Of a stretch of DNA of 64,000 nucleotides, positions 1 through 9,807 are shown in pieces; the first letter of the stretch is position 1, and each line of letters begins with the position of its first letter. Below the pieces are notes generated by a model. It did no database searches. It had not been told where the DNA came from and saw nothing but the letters and a program-made list of their open reading frames with translations. Both the position numbers and the translations under genes were made by a program. The DNA comes from an uncultured delta proteobacterium (lineage in GTDB: Bacteria; Desulfobacterota; Desulfobacteria; Desulfobacterales; QNYZ01). The stretch is from the NCBI GenBank assembly GCA_963845145.1, contig CAWJQU010000003.1, forward strand, positions 32,001 to 96,000, written 5' to 3'.

Positions 1-1
1 C

Positions 2-691
2 TATGGCGCCACTGAGGCCATGCCCGTCGCCTCGATTTCCAGCGATGAAATCCTGACGAGCACACGCAAAATGACGGAAAAGGGAAGTGGCGTCTGTGTA
101 GGTCCTGCGGTCGATGGCATTACGGTCCAAATCATTCAGATTAGCGACATGCCAATCAACCGGTGGCATGATAATCTAGTGGTTCCAAGCGGACAAATTG
201 GAGAGATAGCGGTCAAAGGAAACCTCGTCACGCAAAGGTATTACGATAATCCTGCCGCGGATGCGCTGTCAAAAATCAAAGACAACGACAGATATTGGCA
301 CCGCATGGGCGACCTGGGCTGGATGGACTCAAAAGGCCGCATCTGGTTTTGCGGCCGCAAAGGGCATCGGGTGGTAATGCCTACCAAAACTTTGTATACG
401 ATACCTTGCGAGGCGATCTTTAATCAGCATCCGGATGTTTTCCGAAGTGCCCTGGTGAGAGTCGGAGGGGCGCCCGAACAAAAGCCCGTTCTTTGTGTGG
501 AGCTAAAAGAATCCAATAATCACCACTCGACAGAACGTATCGAGGAGGAACTGCTGGATCTAGCAAGAAATAATCCCCATACCAAGGATATCAATACGAT
601 CCTGTTTCATCCCAATTTTCCGGTTGATATCCGCCATAATGCCAAGATCTTCAGGGAAGAGCTGGCGGAATGGGCCGCCGAACAGGTTTAA
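2..691 (+). CDS. oleC: AMP-dependent ligase, OleC-like (olefin beta-lactone synthetase family); 5' truncated by window edge
   Basis: Frame is open from base 2 (YGATEAMP). ANL-superfamily motifs GEI, HRMGDLG and WFCGRK are present, and the C-terminal HPNFPVDIRHNAKIFRE is typical of OleC. Confidence 0.75.
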   Translation, partial: YGATEAMPVASISSDEILTSTRKMTEKGSGVCVGPAVDGITVQIIQISDMPINRWHDNLVVPSGQIGEIAVKGNLVTQRYYDNPAADALSKIKDNDRYWHRMGDLGWMDSKGRIWFCGRKGHRVVMPTKTLYTIPCEAIFNQHPDVFRSALVRVGGAPEQKPVLCVELKESNNHHSTERIEEELLDLARNNPHTKDINTILFHPNFPVDIRHNAKIFREELAEWAAEQV

Positions 692-717
692 AATGAGTAA
701 GACAAAAAGGAGCCCTC

Positions 718-1236
718 ATGGAACTATCCGGTAAACACTTTATCGTTCTCGTGGAAGAGATGTTTAATGATCAGGAATTTTGGTATCCTTTTTATCGCTT
801 ACAGGAAGCCGGTGCCAAGGTAACCGTGGTGGGATCGGGTAGTGCTGAAACGTATACCGGCAAGGCCGGCACGACAATTGACGTCAATGCCGCCGCCGAC
901 CAGATATCATTGGACAAATTCGATGGCGTTATTATACCCGGTGGTTATGCACCGGATCTCATGCGTCGTTCCCCGTCCATGCTTCATTTAGTGAAACGGC
1001 TATATGAAAAGGGAAAAATCGTTGCCGCCATCTGTCATGCCGGTTGGGTGCTCATATCAGCCGGTATTGTATCCAATCGATCCGTCACCTCATTTTTTTC
1101 CATTAAAGATGACATGGTTAACGCCGGCGCCCGCTGGACTGACGAGGAGGTGGTGGTCGACGGAAACTTGATAACAAGCCGAACGCCCGCCGACCTGCCG
1201 GCTTTTATGCGAGCCGTCATACAAACAGCCAAATAG
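718..1236 (+). CDS. PfpI/DJ-1 family (type 1 glutamine amidotransferase-like) protein
   Basis: IIPGG, AAICHAG nucleophile elbow and DGNLITSRTPADL; RBS AAGGAG. Confidence 0.9.
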   Translation: MELSGKHFIVLVEEMFNDQEFWYPFYRLQEAGAKVTVVGSGSAETYTGKAGTTIDVNAAADQISLDKFDGVIIPGGYAPDLMRRSPSMLHLVKRLYEKGKIVAAICHAGWVLISAGIVSNRSVTSFFSIKDDMVNAGARWTDEEVVVDGNLITSRTPADLPAFMRAVIQTAK

Positions 1237-1243
1237 TGACATT

Positions 1244-1984
1244 TTGTTCAGGGAACATAAAACCCTTTTAATCGTCATCACCATCGGTATCATTTTACTG
1301 GAGGTGGAGATATTTGCCTTTGCGGCCATGAAGACCGGCCGAAAATCCTCCCTTCATATCCTGAACCAACAGGGCACGCTTATCCATGTCACCGATGGGG
1401 AGAACCTCTCCACATTCAATAAATACTACTTCGAACAAACCTTCGGCCCCCTTGATCAATACCAGGTCCGTTTGGTGACTCAAGAACAACCATTTCCTTT
1501 TCGGGCCTGGTTTACGGCTGCTTTGGGAATCCCTATCGGGGCCGTATTGCTGTTTGGTTTTATTGTTCGGGCTTATATGGCGATTATACCTGGGGATGCG
1601 GGGCCAGAACGATCCACGCTGAGAGGTGGTGATGATTCAGCGCCATCCGGTCGATTCATGAAAATGATCAACCAGGCCCGTCGATTGAATATTTTCATTC
1701 TCGGGTTGGTGATATTTCTGATTATCGTCGCCTACTGGATCCTTCCCAATGTCATTGCTTACCTGGGCAAGGTGGGATTGGATACGCTGGTTCGCTATAA
1801 AGAGATCTTTTTAACGGTTTTTGGTGTGCTGACGGCGATCGTCGTATGGATTATCTACCTTCGCTACCTGCTGGCCAAAAAAAGCCTCGCCAGCCAAACC
1901 GAAATCGAAAAATATCGCCTGCAACTTGAAATGACGGCCGGCGATTCGCCATCCCCTCCGGAATTGGATTACAAGCCGAAATGA
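1244..1984 (+). CDS. hypothetical multi-pass membrane protein
   Basis: 246-aa ORF with about 4 hydrophobic segments, 7 bp after the PfpI gene; TTG start. Confidence 0.7.
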   Translation: MFREHKTLLIVITIGIILLEVEIFAFAAMKTGRKSSLHILNQQGTLIHVTDGENLSTFNKYYFEQTFGPLDQYQVRLVTQEQPFPFRAWFTAALGIPIGAVLLFGFIVRAYMAIIPGDAGPERSTLRGGDDSAPSGRFMKMINQARRLNIFILGLVIFLIIVAYWILPNVIAYLGKVGLDTLVRYKEIFLTVFGVLTAIVVWIIYLRYLLAKKSLASQTEIEKYRLQLEMTAGDSPSPPELDYKPK

Positions 1985-2012
1985 CCCTATCGCCCGGGGC
2001 AGGCTGCAAAAA

Positions 2013-3680
2013 CTAGTCGTTTTCAAAAAGCAAATGTAAAATGGGTGCGACAACCATTCTGTTTCCGATGGCTTCATCAAACTGCTTATTCCTCCCGGTG
2101 TGCCACAAAATCCTCGCGCCTGATGAACCTGGAAGATCATACGCCACAAATCCCGAAGCCACTGTATTGACAACAATCTCATAATCACTATCGCCATCGA
2201 TATTTGCGATCGTTGGGGCAGCAAGGGCACCATTGTGGCGAACCGATGAAGATTTGGGTGGTGGGAGATTTTTCTCATGCAGAACATTTCCCCGATAGTC
2301 CAGGATATGCAATTTTCCTAAACGAAGAGCACCGCTTGTTTGTTTTTGGACCCAAGAAGTAAAAATCACTTCGGCTTTACCATCGCTGTCCAGGTCGGCA
2401 ATAACAGGCTCGGAGCTGAACCGGTAATATCCGTCGGCCGGCTTATAAACGCTGTATGGCCAATTAAAGTGTTCCGTCTTATCAAGCCAAAAGCAATGGA
2501 TACGGCCATCATAGGAAGAAAACAAAATTTCTTTTCTATTGTCGCCATCAATGTCCACAACAACCGGATTTGGCTGACAGTTTTCGATCACGTTATAATT
2601 CTCGCTCAGAGGTGCGCCGGTGTTCTTTGCCGGTTCGCGCCAGTCCCATGTGCCTGTACGAAACCGGCTCCGATCCGCATTAAAAATATACAAAGGCGTG
2701 TATTTGCCGGGTGGATGACCAAAAGCACAATCGTACATATTTCCCGTTGCAATAATTTCCATTGTACCGTTGCCATCAACATCAGCCGCAACGGCCGCTC
2801 CGTGGGCAAGATTTGTACGGTATCTTTCAGCCCTGGTTGTGGAGCAATCTCCCCAGCCGCGCAATTCAATTGCCTGACTTTCCCATAAGCCGACCTTTCC
2901 CCATCCATTGCCGCCGTACTGGGAATGAGCGCCTAACTGAGCGCCGTTTGTGTTATAGGCACAAATATAATGAACATCCGATGGAACGATGATCTCTTTT
3001 TTATTATCACCTGTTATATCCGCCACCCAGGCATTATCATTAAAAACACCGTATGCATACCCAGACGTATTTGATAGCTGAGGCCAACCGGCCCTCAGGG
3101 ATCCATTATGTTCATAAACCCAGGTATTGGTTTTACCATAGACCGCCCCGGTGACAATAATTTCGGCTGTGCCATCAACGTCGATGTCCGCTACGGTCAA
3201 TCCCCGTAATTCATTTGCTGCCGGCCTCTTTGGCCAGCCTGGCTGAAAATAGCCATTATGATCATATACCGAAACATAGCCACCGCCATGGGCCGATACA
3301 ATTTCTTTTTTATTATCCTGATCCAGATCGGTGACGACGATACCAGGCCATGTTCGGCCGACATTTGATCCACCTGAATCGCTTCGATCATGGCCTGAAT
3401 TGACTCTCCAGATAACGGCGCCCGTATTCCCCCGAAGTGCAACAATAGAATAGGCTGAAGCAATCACCTCTTTTGATCCATTGCCATCGAGATCCGCTAC
3501 AGCAGGAGAGGCGTACCAGCCGGTTTCACACCAGGATGAATAGCATCCCCCATATTGCCATTTTAAAACAGGGCTGTTCACGACCGCCCAACAACCAGCA
3601 GGCCATAAAAGAGCGATGAAAAGAAATATGGCTGGGCCATAACCATTTGATGTATTGCGATGGTGATGCATACCGTTCAC
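2013..3680 (-). CDS. secreted FG-GAP/VCBS-repeat (beta-propeller-like) protein
   Basis: N-terminal signal-like segment; repeated 'PAVADLDGNGSKEV', 'VTDLDQDNKKEIV', 'VADIDVDGTAEII', 'ADVDGNGTMEII' Ca-binding blades. Confidence 0.85.
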   Translation of the reverse strand: MNGMHHHRNTSNGYGPAIFLFIALLWPAGCWAVVNSPVLKWQYGGCYSSWCETGWYASPAVADLDGNGSKEVIASAYSIVALRGNTGAVIWRVNSGHDRSDSGGSNVGRTWPGIVVTDLDQDNKKEIVSAHGGGYVSVYDHNGYFQPGWPKRPAANELRGLTVADIDVDGTAEIIVTGAVYGKTNTWVYEHNGSLRAGWPQLSNTSGYAYGVFNDNAWVADITGDNKKEIIVPSDVHYICAYNTNGAQLGAHSQYGGNGWGKVGLWESQAIELRGWGDCSTTRAERYRTNLAHGAAVAADVDGNGTMEIIATGNMYDCAFGHPPGKYTPLYIFNADRSRFRTGTWDWREPAKNTGAPLSENYNVIENCQPNPVVVDIDGDNRKEILFSSYDGRIHCFWLDKTEHFNWPYSVYKPADGYYRFSSEPVIADLDSDGKAEVIFTSWVQKQTSGALRLGKLHILDYRGNVLHEKNLPPPKSSSVRHNGALAAPTIANIDGDSDYEIVVNTVASGFVAYDLPGSSGARILWHTGRNKQFDEAIGNRMVVAPILHLLFEND

Positions 3681-3706
3681 CTTTTACGGGTTTTCAGCGA
3701 TATATC

Positions 3707-4939
3707 CTAATCAAGCAATAACGGAATCCAGGTTGAAACCGCAGCCTTTCCGCTATGGATTATCTCATCGGCACCAATATCCACCCGGCCACCCTGAACC
3801 CTTAACTCGCCATCAAAATCATCCTGCAACCCGGTAACGGAAATGCCGCTATCAACGACCCCTTTGACAGGATAGTTTAAATGCAAATTACCACTTGCTA
3901 TATTTTTAAAATGGGACGATTGCGCCGTGGTAACGTTATGAGAAAGTACTGCTGTACCACCTTGCCTTGATGTAATCGCCTTGTTTGTCAGATTGTTTCG
4001 AATGAACCCCCCAGCCGTGGCGGAGAATCGATACTCGATACCATTGGCGTAGTCGTGTTCATGATAGATGCTGTTGTTATATACCTGCGCGGCAGCGGCA
4101 GATTCCAAACCGATCCCCACATCGCTATCAGAATCGCCCGAATCATGATAGATCATATTATTTCGTATAATCCCATTGAGATGCCCACTGCTGCCAAGCC
4201 CAAAACCGATGCCTCGATCGCAATTAATAATGTGATTTTTCTCTACGAGGGTATCTTCCGAAAAAGACCAGAAATGGATACCATGTTCTGAAAGGTCCTC
4301 GTTTTCCGGAGTACACCAGAATTCTGAAATGATGTTTTCTTTGACAACCCAACCCTTGGCATGATGCGCATCAACGCCACCCGTATAACAGCTGCCATTG
4401 ATATCCCAGACCCTTTCCCTGCCCTCCGGGGTTAATTCCAGCTTTGAATTCTTGATTGTACCGTAGTTTACCGAACGGGTTTTGGCGGCGTTTTGGTTGA
4501 TCTTTATGGCCTGCTGGCCGGGATCAATGATATGTATATTTTGAATGAGGGTGCCAATATTATTCTTTGCATCAGAAGGCGTTACATGGATGGGGTGAAA
4601 ACGTGCCCGTTTGAGCGTGAGGTTTTTTATCGTTACATGCGAGCCCAGTATCTGAAATATCTCAGTTGTGACATAATTACCATCAAGAACAACGTCCTCT
4701 CTGTTATTGGTTGAGCCGCTAACGGTCACATTATCGGCAGTGATCCGCAGATAGACGCCGTTGAGCATATATGGGCTTGCGCTAGCACTTATGACAATGT
4801 TTTTATCGCCGCCGCTATTGGCGCTATTCACCGCATTTTGCAGCGCGCCCACTGAAGAAACCGTAATGGCTGAAACAGAAAAAGGAGAGAACGCGATGAG
4901 AAGGCCCAACAAAACCCCTAATAACTTGGCGTTATTCAT
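3707..4939 (-). CDS. secreted right-handed parallel beta-helix protein
   Basis: Signal peptide; Asn/Ile-rich PbH1-like repeats (IIRNNMIY, VYNNSIY, IRNNL); C-terminal 'DFDGELR..VDIGADE' motif. Confidence 0.8.
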   Translation of the reverse strand: MNNAKLLGVLLGLLIAFSPFSVSAITVSSVGALQNAVNSANSGGDKNIVISASASPYMLNGVYLRITADNVTVSGSTNNREDVVLDGNYVTTEIFQILGSHVTIKNLTLKRARFHPIHVTPSDAKNNIGTLIQNIHIIDPGQQAIKINQNAAKTRSVNYGTIKNSKLELTPEGRERVWDINGSCYTGGVDAHHAKGWVVKENIISEFWCTPENEDLSEHGIHFWSFSEDTLVEKNHIINCDRGIGFGLGSSGHLNGIIRNNMIYHDSGDSDSDVGIGLESAAAAQVYNNSIYHEHDYANGIEYRFSATAGGFIRNNLTNKAITSRQGGTAVLSHNVTTAQSSHFKNIASGNLHLNYPVKGVVDSGISVTGLQDDFDGELRVQGGRVDIGADEIIHSGKAAVSTWIPLLLD

Positions 4940-4942
4940 TTT

Positions 4943-6298
4943 TCATCTCAATACCGAAACGCCGGTATAATTTTCGGGGGTTATTTTTAAAAGTTCGGAC
5001 TTAACCGTCTCGGAGATTTCCAGGGTTTCGATAAAGTCGGCGATAAGTTTTGCATCAATAACCGTATTCTTTCGGGTCAACGCTTTTAACGCTTCATACG
5101 GTTGCGGATAACCTTCGCGCCGCAAGACCGTTTGGATCGCCTCGGCCACCACCGCCCAATTCTGATCAAGGTCGGCACGAATGATCTCTTCATTTAATAC
5201 CAGCTTGTTCAACCCCCTTTGGATCGATTTCAAGGCGATCAGGGTATGTGCCAGCGGAACCCCGATATTGCGGGACACGGTCGAATCGGTAAGATCGCGC
5301 TGAAGACGGGAAATGGGGAGCTTGGCCGCCAAATGGGAAAAGAGCGCATTGGCCACCCCCAGATTACCCTCACCGTTTTCAAAATCGATGGGATTGACCT
5401 TATGGGGCATGGTCGATGAACCCACCTCCCCCGCAACGATCTTCTGTTTAAAGTAATTCATCGAAACATAGGCCCAAATATCCCGGCATAAATCGATTAA
5501 AATGGTGTTCATCCGTTTTACGCCGTCACAAAATGCGGCCAGATGATCGTAAGGTTCGATCTGGGTCGTTAGTTGAAGCCGCGTCAATCCCAATACGTCA
5601 TTCACCAGGTTGTCGGAAAATTCAAGCCAGTCGATGGCCGGATAGGCAACGACATGGGCGTTAAAATTCCCGGTGGCACCGCCGAATTTAGCGGTATAGG
5701 GTACCTGTTTTAAAAGCGCCCACTGCCTTTCAAGCCGATCGGCGAATATGTAAATTTCTTTTCCCAATATTGTCGGGGATGCCGGTTGACCGTGAGTGCG
5801 AGCCAGCATGGCCACCCCTTTCCATTGATGCGCCAGATCATTTAGTTTTTCGATTGTTGCCTTGAATGCCTTGGCAACGACGCCTTCCCAGGCCTCTTTT
5901 AGCATTAACGGCAGGGCCGTATTATTAATATCCTGTGACGTCAAACCAAAGTGAATGAATTCAGCGTACGCTTCAAGACCTTGCTCCGCAAAACGATCCT
6001 TTAAAAAGTACTCGACGGCTTTAACATCGTGATTGGTCGTCTTCTCAATGGCCTTAACGCTTTCGGCGTCCGACTGTTCAAACTGCCGGTATATATCTCG
6101 TAGCGGCTCAAAATGGGATTCGGCAACCCCTTTTAGCTGTGGCAGAGGTAAACGGCACAAGGCGATAAAGTACTCGATTTCCACCATGACGCGATAACGA
6201 ATCAGCGCCATTTCCGAAAAGTAGTCGGCCAAAGGTGCCGTTGACCGACGGTATCTGCCATCCACGGGTGAAATGGCATTTAGTGTATTAAATGACAT
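4943..6298 (-). CDS. purB: adenylosuccinate lyase
   Basis: AISPVDGRY, TTNHDVKAVEY, ARTHGQPA and GSSTMPHKVNPIDFEN signature. Start is set at ATG 6298, after GGAGG. Confidence 0.97.
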   Translation of the reverse strand: MSFNTLNAISPVDGRYRRSTAPLADYFSEMALIRYRVMVEIEYFIALCRLPLPQLKGVAESHFEPLRDIYRQFEQSDAESVKAIEKTTNHDVKAVEYFLKDRFAEQGLEAYAEFIHFGLTSQDINNTALPLMLKEAWEGVVAKAFKATIEKLNDLAHQWKGVAMLARTHGQPASPTILGKEIYIFADRLERQWALLKQVPYTAKFGGATGNFNAHVVAYPAIDWLEFSDNLVNDVLGLTRLQLTTQIEPYDHLAAFCDGVKRMNTILIDLCRDIWAYVSMNYFKQKIVAGEVGSSTMPHKVNPIDFENGEGNLGVANALFSHLAAKLPISRLQRDLTDSTVSRNIGVPLAHTLIALKSIQRGLNKLVLNEEIIRADLDQNWAVVAEAIQTVLRREGYPQPYEALKALTRKNTVIDAKLIADFIETLEISETVKSELLKITPENYTGVSVLR

Positions 6299-6331
6299 GA
6301 CTTCCTCCATAATATTTTTAGCATAAACAAA

Positions 6332-6982
6332 TCAGGGCCTCACCATTGACCGAATCTCTTCGGCGATCTCACGGCTTAATTTGTTGACGGCCAGACTGTG
6401 GGCGGCTACCAAAGCATGGTAATCCGCCCCCAAAACGGGTTCGGTGATCCGGGTTTGCTTCATTCGAGTCACTTCTCCCCCTTCGGCTTTAATCAGCGAC
6501 CAGCGGGCAATCAGTGTGAGCGCATCTCCTCGTTCGCCATCCATCCGAATAATCCGGATTTCCAACTCATAGTCAGCCTTTTTACTTTTGCGCTTCGAGA
6601 GAATCCGAATAGGATGATCAACCAGTAAATTTGACAAGTTTTCCGTTATTACATGAAACAAATGTCCGTTTAGCGGTTCCGCCCAGCGATCAAACTCTGC
6701 CAGCATCAGCTCTGACGCCCCTGTCCGCGTCACGATTTGGGGACGGGCCAGGTATTCAGATACTTCGACAGCTGTAAAGCCGATGGTTAACGGGAAATCG
6801 GCGGTATCGTTTGGTATAATCGCCTTGTCGGCTTGGGTGGGAATCAATTGGGTGGGACTCAATTGGATGGGACTCAACAGGTAAAACCGGGGGGTCGGGC
6901 TGGATTTTCCACCTATGCAACCTGTCAGAAAAATAACAAGCCAAACCAAAGTACCGGTTCGTAAGGTAAACAAAAATCGCAT
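6332..6982 (-). CDS. PqiC-like ABC transport auxiliary lipoprotein
   Basis: Lipobox LTGC; 'YLARPQIVTR...DRWAEPL' motif. Confidence 0.85.
   Translation of the reverse strand: MRFLFTLRTGTLVWLVIFLTGCIGGKSSPTPRFYLLSPIQLSPTQLIPTQADKAIIPNDTADFPLTIGFTAVEVSEYLARPQIVTRTGASELMLAEFDRWAEPLNGHLFHVITENLSNLLVDHPIRILSKRKSKKADYELEIRIIRMDGERGDALTLIARWSLIKAEGGEVTRMKQTRITEPVLGADYHALVAAHSLAVNKLSREIAEEIRSMVRP
6833..6877. repeat. 3 x 15-bp in-frame tandem repeat (LSPIQ/LSPTQ/LIPTQ)
   Basis: ttgggtgggaatcaa-ttgggtgggactcaa-ttggatgggactcaa. Confidence 0.9.
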
Positions 6983-7032
6983 ATCCCTACCTCCTATAAA
7001 GAATAGACAAAACGCTTTATGAAACCGGATTC

Positions 7033-7809
7033 TCAGGGCGCCCAGAAAACCGTCACCGGAACTTTATTCTGTCCTAAAATATATCGAATCGGCATCACCT
7101 GGCAAGATCCACCGGCAGCGGCTTTTTCATAGCTTTTACGCTTATCGTCGCCCTCAATATGAACACATATCCGGTGGGCATTTAAAATCATGGGCAACGT
7201 CAGCGTCAATCGATCATAAATGCTACCAGCTGGTCTTAGGCCGACACAACTTTTCCTGGAGTATGGGTTAACGGCAGCTTCCAGCCGGTCGGCGCCAGGA
7301 ATCCAGGAAGCCGTATGGCCATCGGTACCCATCCCCAGAAGCACGAGATCAAATGGCTTTGATATTTTCTCATACCTTCCATCGCATGCACCTTCAGCGA
7401 CAACCGCCGACTCGGCTTTGGTTTTCATACCGATAAATTGTGCTCGGGCCGCCTTGTCTTTTAGTAGATGGGATCGGACCAGTTTTTCGTTGGAATCAGC
7501 GTTAGCCACATCAACCCAGCGTTCATCAACCAAGCCAACCGTAACCTTCTCCCACGGAAGATCGATATGGGACAAAGCCTCAAACAAGCCCATCGGCGTG
7601 GCGCCGCCTGAAACAATCAAGCTGGCCCCGTTTTTCGTTTGAATCGCCTCGACCAGATCAGTCCTAATTCGCATCGCCAACGTTTTTATAAGCGCTTTTG
7701 CGTCGACAAAGTCTAAGAAATCGGCACGGTTTCGAACCATCATGTTGATACTCGATTGCATTTTATCTTTGTCGAAGGTCACGGTTACCCGATCCGAACG
7801 GTTATGCAC
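7033..7809 (-). CDS. pgl: 6-phosphogluconolactonase (start codon uncertain, probably downstream of 7809)
   Basis: VSGGATP, LVDERWV, LLGMGTDGHTAS and RLTLTL motifs. Confidence 0.92.
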   Translation of the reverse strand: MHNRSDRVTVTFDKDKMQSSINMMVRNRADFLDFVDAKALIKTLAMRIRTDLVEAIQTKNGASLIVSGGATPMGLFEALSHIDLPWEKVTVGLVDERWVDVANADSNEKLVRSHLLKDKAARAQFIGMKTKAESAVVAEGACDGRYEKISKPFDLVLLGMGTDGHTASWIPGADRLEAAVNPYSRKSCVGLRPAGSIYDRLTLTLPMILNAHRICVHIEGDDKRKSYEKAAAGGSCQVMPIRYILGQNKVPVTVFWAP

Positions 7810-7977
7810 GAATGAATAATGCTGATGCTGGAAAACACATTTATAAATTGTCGGTTATCGATCAGCCAACCCCCTTCGCCAACGGGACATTATCATACCT
7901 GATAAATAGAGGGTGAACAAGGCCACCGCATCACCCGCTACATCAGCCGTTAACGCATTCGAAATCTACAATCATGA

Positions 7978-8006
7978 TTGACAGTGCGGTGCCATTCAGA
8001 TAGAAA
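7978..8006 (+). promoter_or_regulatory. sigma70-like promoter upstream of the AI-2E transporter
   Basis: TTGACA-N17-TAGAAA. Confidence 0.55.
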
Positions 8007-8082
8007 TAACTTTTAATCCGGTGCACAAGCACCCTGACTTTAAAGACAAAACGCACATTACGAGCTTAGAAGGAATCGGCCC

Positions 8083-9156
8083 TTGCATATAATACGCGAG
8101 TGGTTTCACCGCCATTTCTCCGATCCCCAGGTCATCATTCTCTTTTTCATCCTGTTGGCAGGTACCGTTGCCATCTGGACCCTGGGGCGAATTATGGCAC
8201 CGGTAATAGCCAGTGTTGTCATAGCCTATCTGCTGGAGGGACTGGTCGGTTTCCTGGAACGCCGCCGGATTCCACGGCTGGCGGCCGTTTTGATCGTTTT
8301 TTTAACATTTATGACCTGCTTGATCTTTTTATTGTTCGGGCTGCTGCCCCAACTATCCTACCAGGTCGGCCAGGTTTTCAGTGAACTACCCGCAATGTTC
8401 GGCCGGGGGCAACGGCAACTGATGCTACTACCCGAGAAATATCCTGATTTTATTTCTCAGGAACAGGTTATAGCCTTGGTCAGATTTCTTCAAACGGAAC
8501 TCGGCCGTTTGGGACAAAAAGTGCTCAGCGTTTCCGTTGCATCGGTACGTGGCTTGGTTACCTTTCTGGTGTATCTGGTTCTGCTTCCGCTGATGGTCTT
8601 CTTTTTTCTAAAGGATAAGCAACCGATCCTTCGATGGGTAACCCGTTTCTTACCCGATAACCGAGACTTGACCGAGCAGGTATGGAAAAATGTCGATCGC
8701 CAGATCGGGAATTATATTCGGGGGAAATTCTGGGAAATCCTGATTATTTGGGTTGCCAGCTATCTGGTTTTCTTCCTGTTGGATCTAAATTATGCCATGT
8801 TGATGGGGTTAATGGTGGGATTATCTGTCCTTGTCCCGTATATTGGGGTAACCGTCACCACGCTGCCGGTGGCCTTGATGGGCTTTTTTCAGTGGGGGTT
8901 TTCGTCGGAATTGGTTTCCTTGTTGATTGCTTACGGCATTATTCAACTCCTGGATGGTAACCTGCTGGCGCCTCTTTTACTGTCTGAAGTGGTCCACCTG
9001 CATCCCGTTGCAATCATCACGGCGGTTCTTATTTTTGGTGGAATTTGGGGTTTCTGGGGTGTCTTTTTCGCCATACCATTGGCCACTCTCATTGAAGCGG
9101 TTATTAAATCCTGGCCAAGTTTTCAAATCACCGTAAAAGATTCGGAATGCGCATGA
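8083..9156 (+). CDS. AI-2E family (PerM-like) transporter
   Basis: Multi-TM; 'IQLLDGNLLAPLL..LHPVAII..GGIWGFWGVFFAIPL'. Confidence 0.92.
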   Translation: MHIIREWFHRHFSDPQVIILFFILLAGTVAIWTLGRIMAPVIASVVIAYLLEGLVGFLERRRIPRLAAVLIVFLTFMTCLIFLLFGLLPQLSYQVGQVFSELPAMFGRGQRQLMLLPEKYPDFISQEQVIALVRFLQTELGRLGQKVLSVSVASVRGLVTFLVYLVLLPLMVFFFLKDKQPILRWVTRFLPDNRDLTEQVWKNVDRQIGNYIRGKFWEILIIWVASYLVFFLLDLNYAMLMGLMVGLSVLVPYIGVTVTTLPVALMGFFQWGFSSELVSLLIAYGIIQLLDGNLLAPLLLSEVVHLHPVAIITAVLIFGGIWGFWGVFFAIPLATLIEAVIKSWPSFQITVKDSECA

Positions 9157-9734
9157 ACGGCCCCTTTTTTTCCATTCATCCCCCCGATTGGTTGGCGACA
9201 TTTATGACTGCGCACAAAAAGCCGTTGCCTGCAATAGCGGACCGCATGGCGTTGACCATTGAATTGTCGGAAAAAAATGTCACCCATCAAACCGGTGGGC
9301 CTTTTGCTACCGTCATTTTTGATACGCAGACCTGGATTCCGCTTTCGGCAGGTGTCAACTTAGTGGAGACGGCTGCCTGCTCCATTTTACACGGGGAAAT
9401 CGTCGCTATTTGTACGGCCCACCGGAAGGTTGGCCATTTCGATCTGGGAGGTCTGGGATTGCCGCCCTATGAGCTGGTAACCAGCACGGAACCGTGCGCG
9501 ATGTGCATCGGAGCGATATGCTGGTCAGGCATAAAATATCTGGTATATGGCGCGAGGGACGAAGATGCCCGCCAAATCGGATTTGACGAAGGCCCCAAAG
9601 AGAAAAACTGGCAAAGATCCTTGGAAAATCGCGATATTACGGTGACTCGCGATGTGTCACGCTCAATGGCACGCCGAGTATTACAAAAATATGCCGACAA
9701 AGGCGGGTTAATTTATAACGCCCGTCAAGGTTAG
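9153..9734 (+). CDS. zinc-dependent nucleoside/guanine deaminase (CDA superfamily)
   Basis: GGPF, HGE and EPCAMC zinc motif; ATGA overlap with the upstream gene. Confidence 0.88.
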   Translation: MNGPFFSIHPPDWLATFMTAHKKPLPAIADRMALTIELSEKNVTHQTGGPFATVIFDTQTWIPLSAGVNLVETAACSILHGEIVAICTAHRKVGHFDLGGLGLPPYELVTSTEPCAMCIGAICWSGIKYLVYGARDEDARQIGFDEGPKEKNWQRSLENRDITVTRDVSRSMARRVLQKYADKGGLIYNARQG

Positions 9735-9754
9735 CAAGAGATCTGGATTAGGAC

Positions 9755-9802
9755 AGGGATAGGGATAGGGATAGGGATAGGGATAAAGTTAGAGATAGGG
9801 AT
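9755..9802. repeat. hexanucleotide microsatellite (AGGGAT)5 plus degenerate copies in an intergenic/5'UTR position
   Basis: Five perfect copies at 9755-9784, then AAAGTT AGAGAT AGGGAT in the same 6-bp register. Confidence 0.9.
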
Positions 9803-9807
9803 ACATT

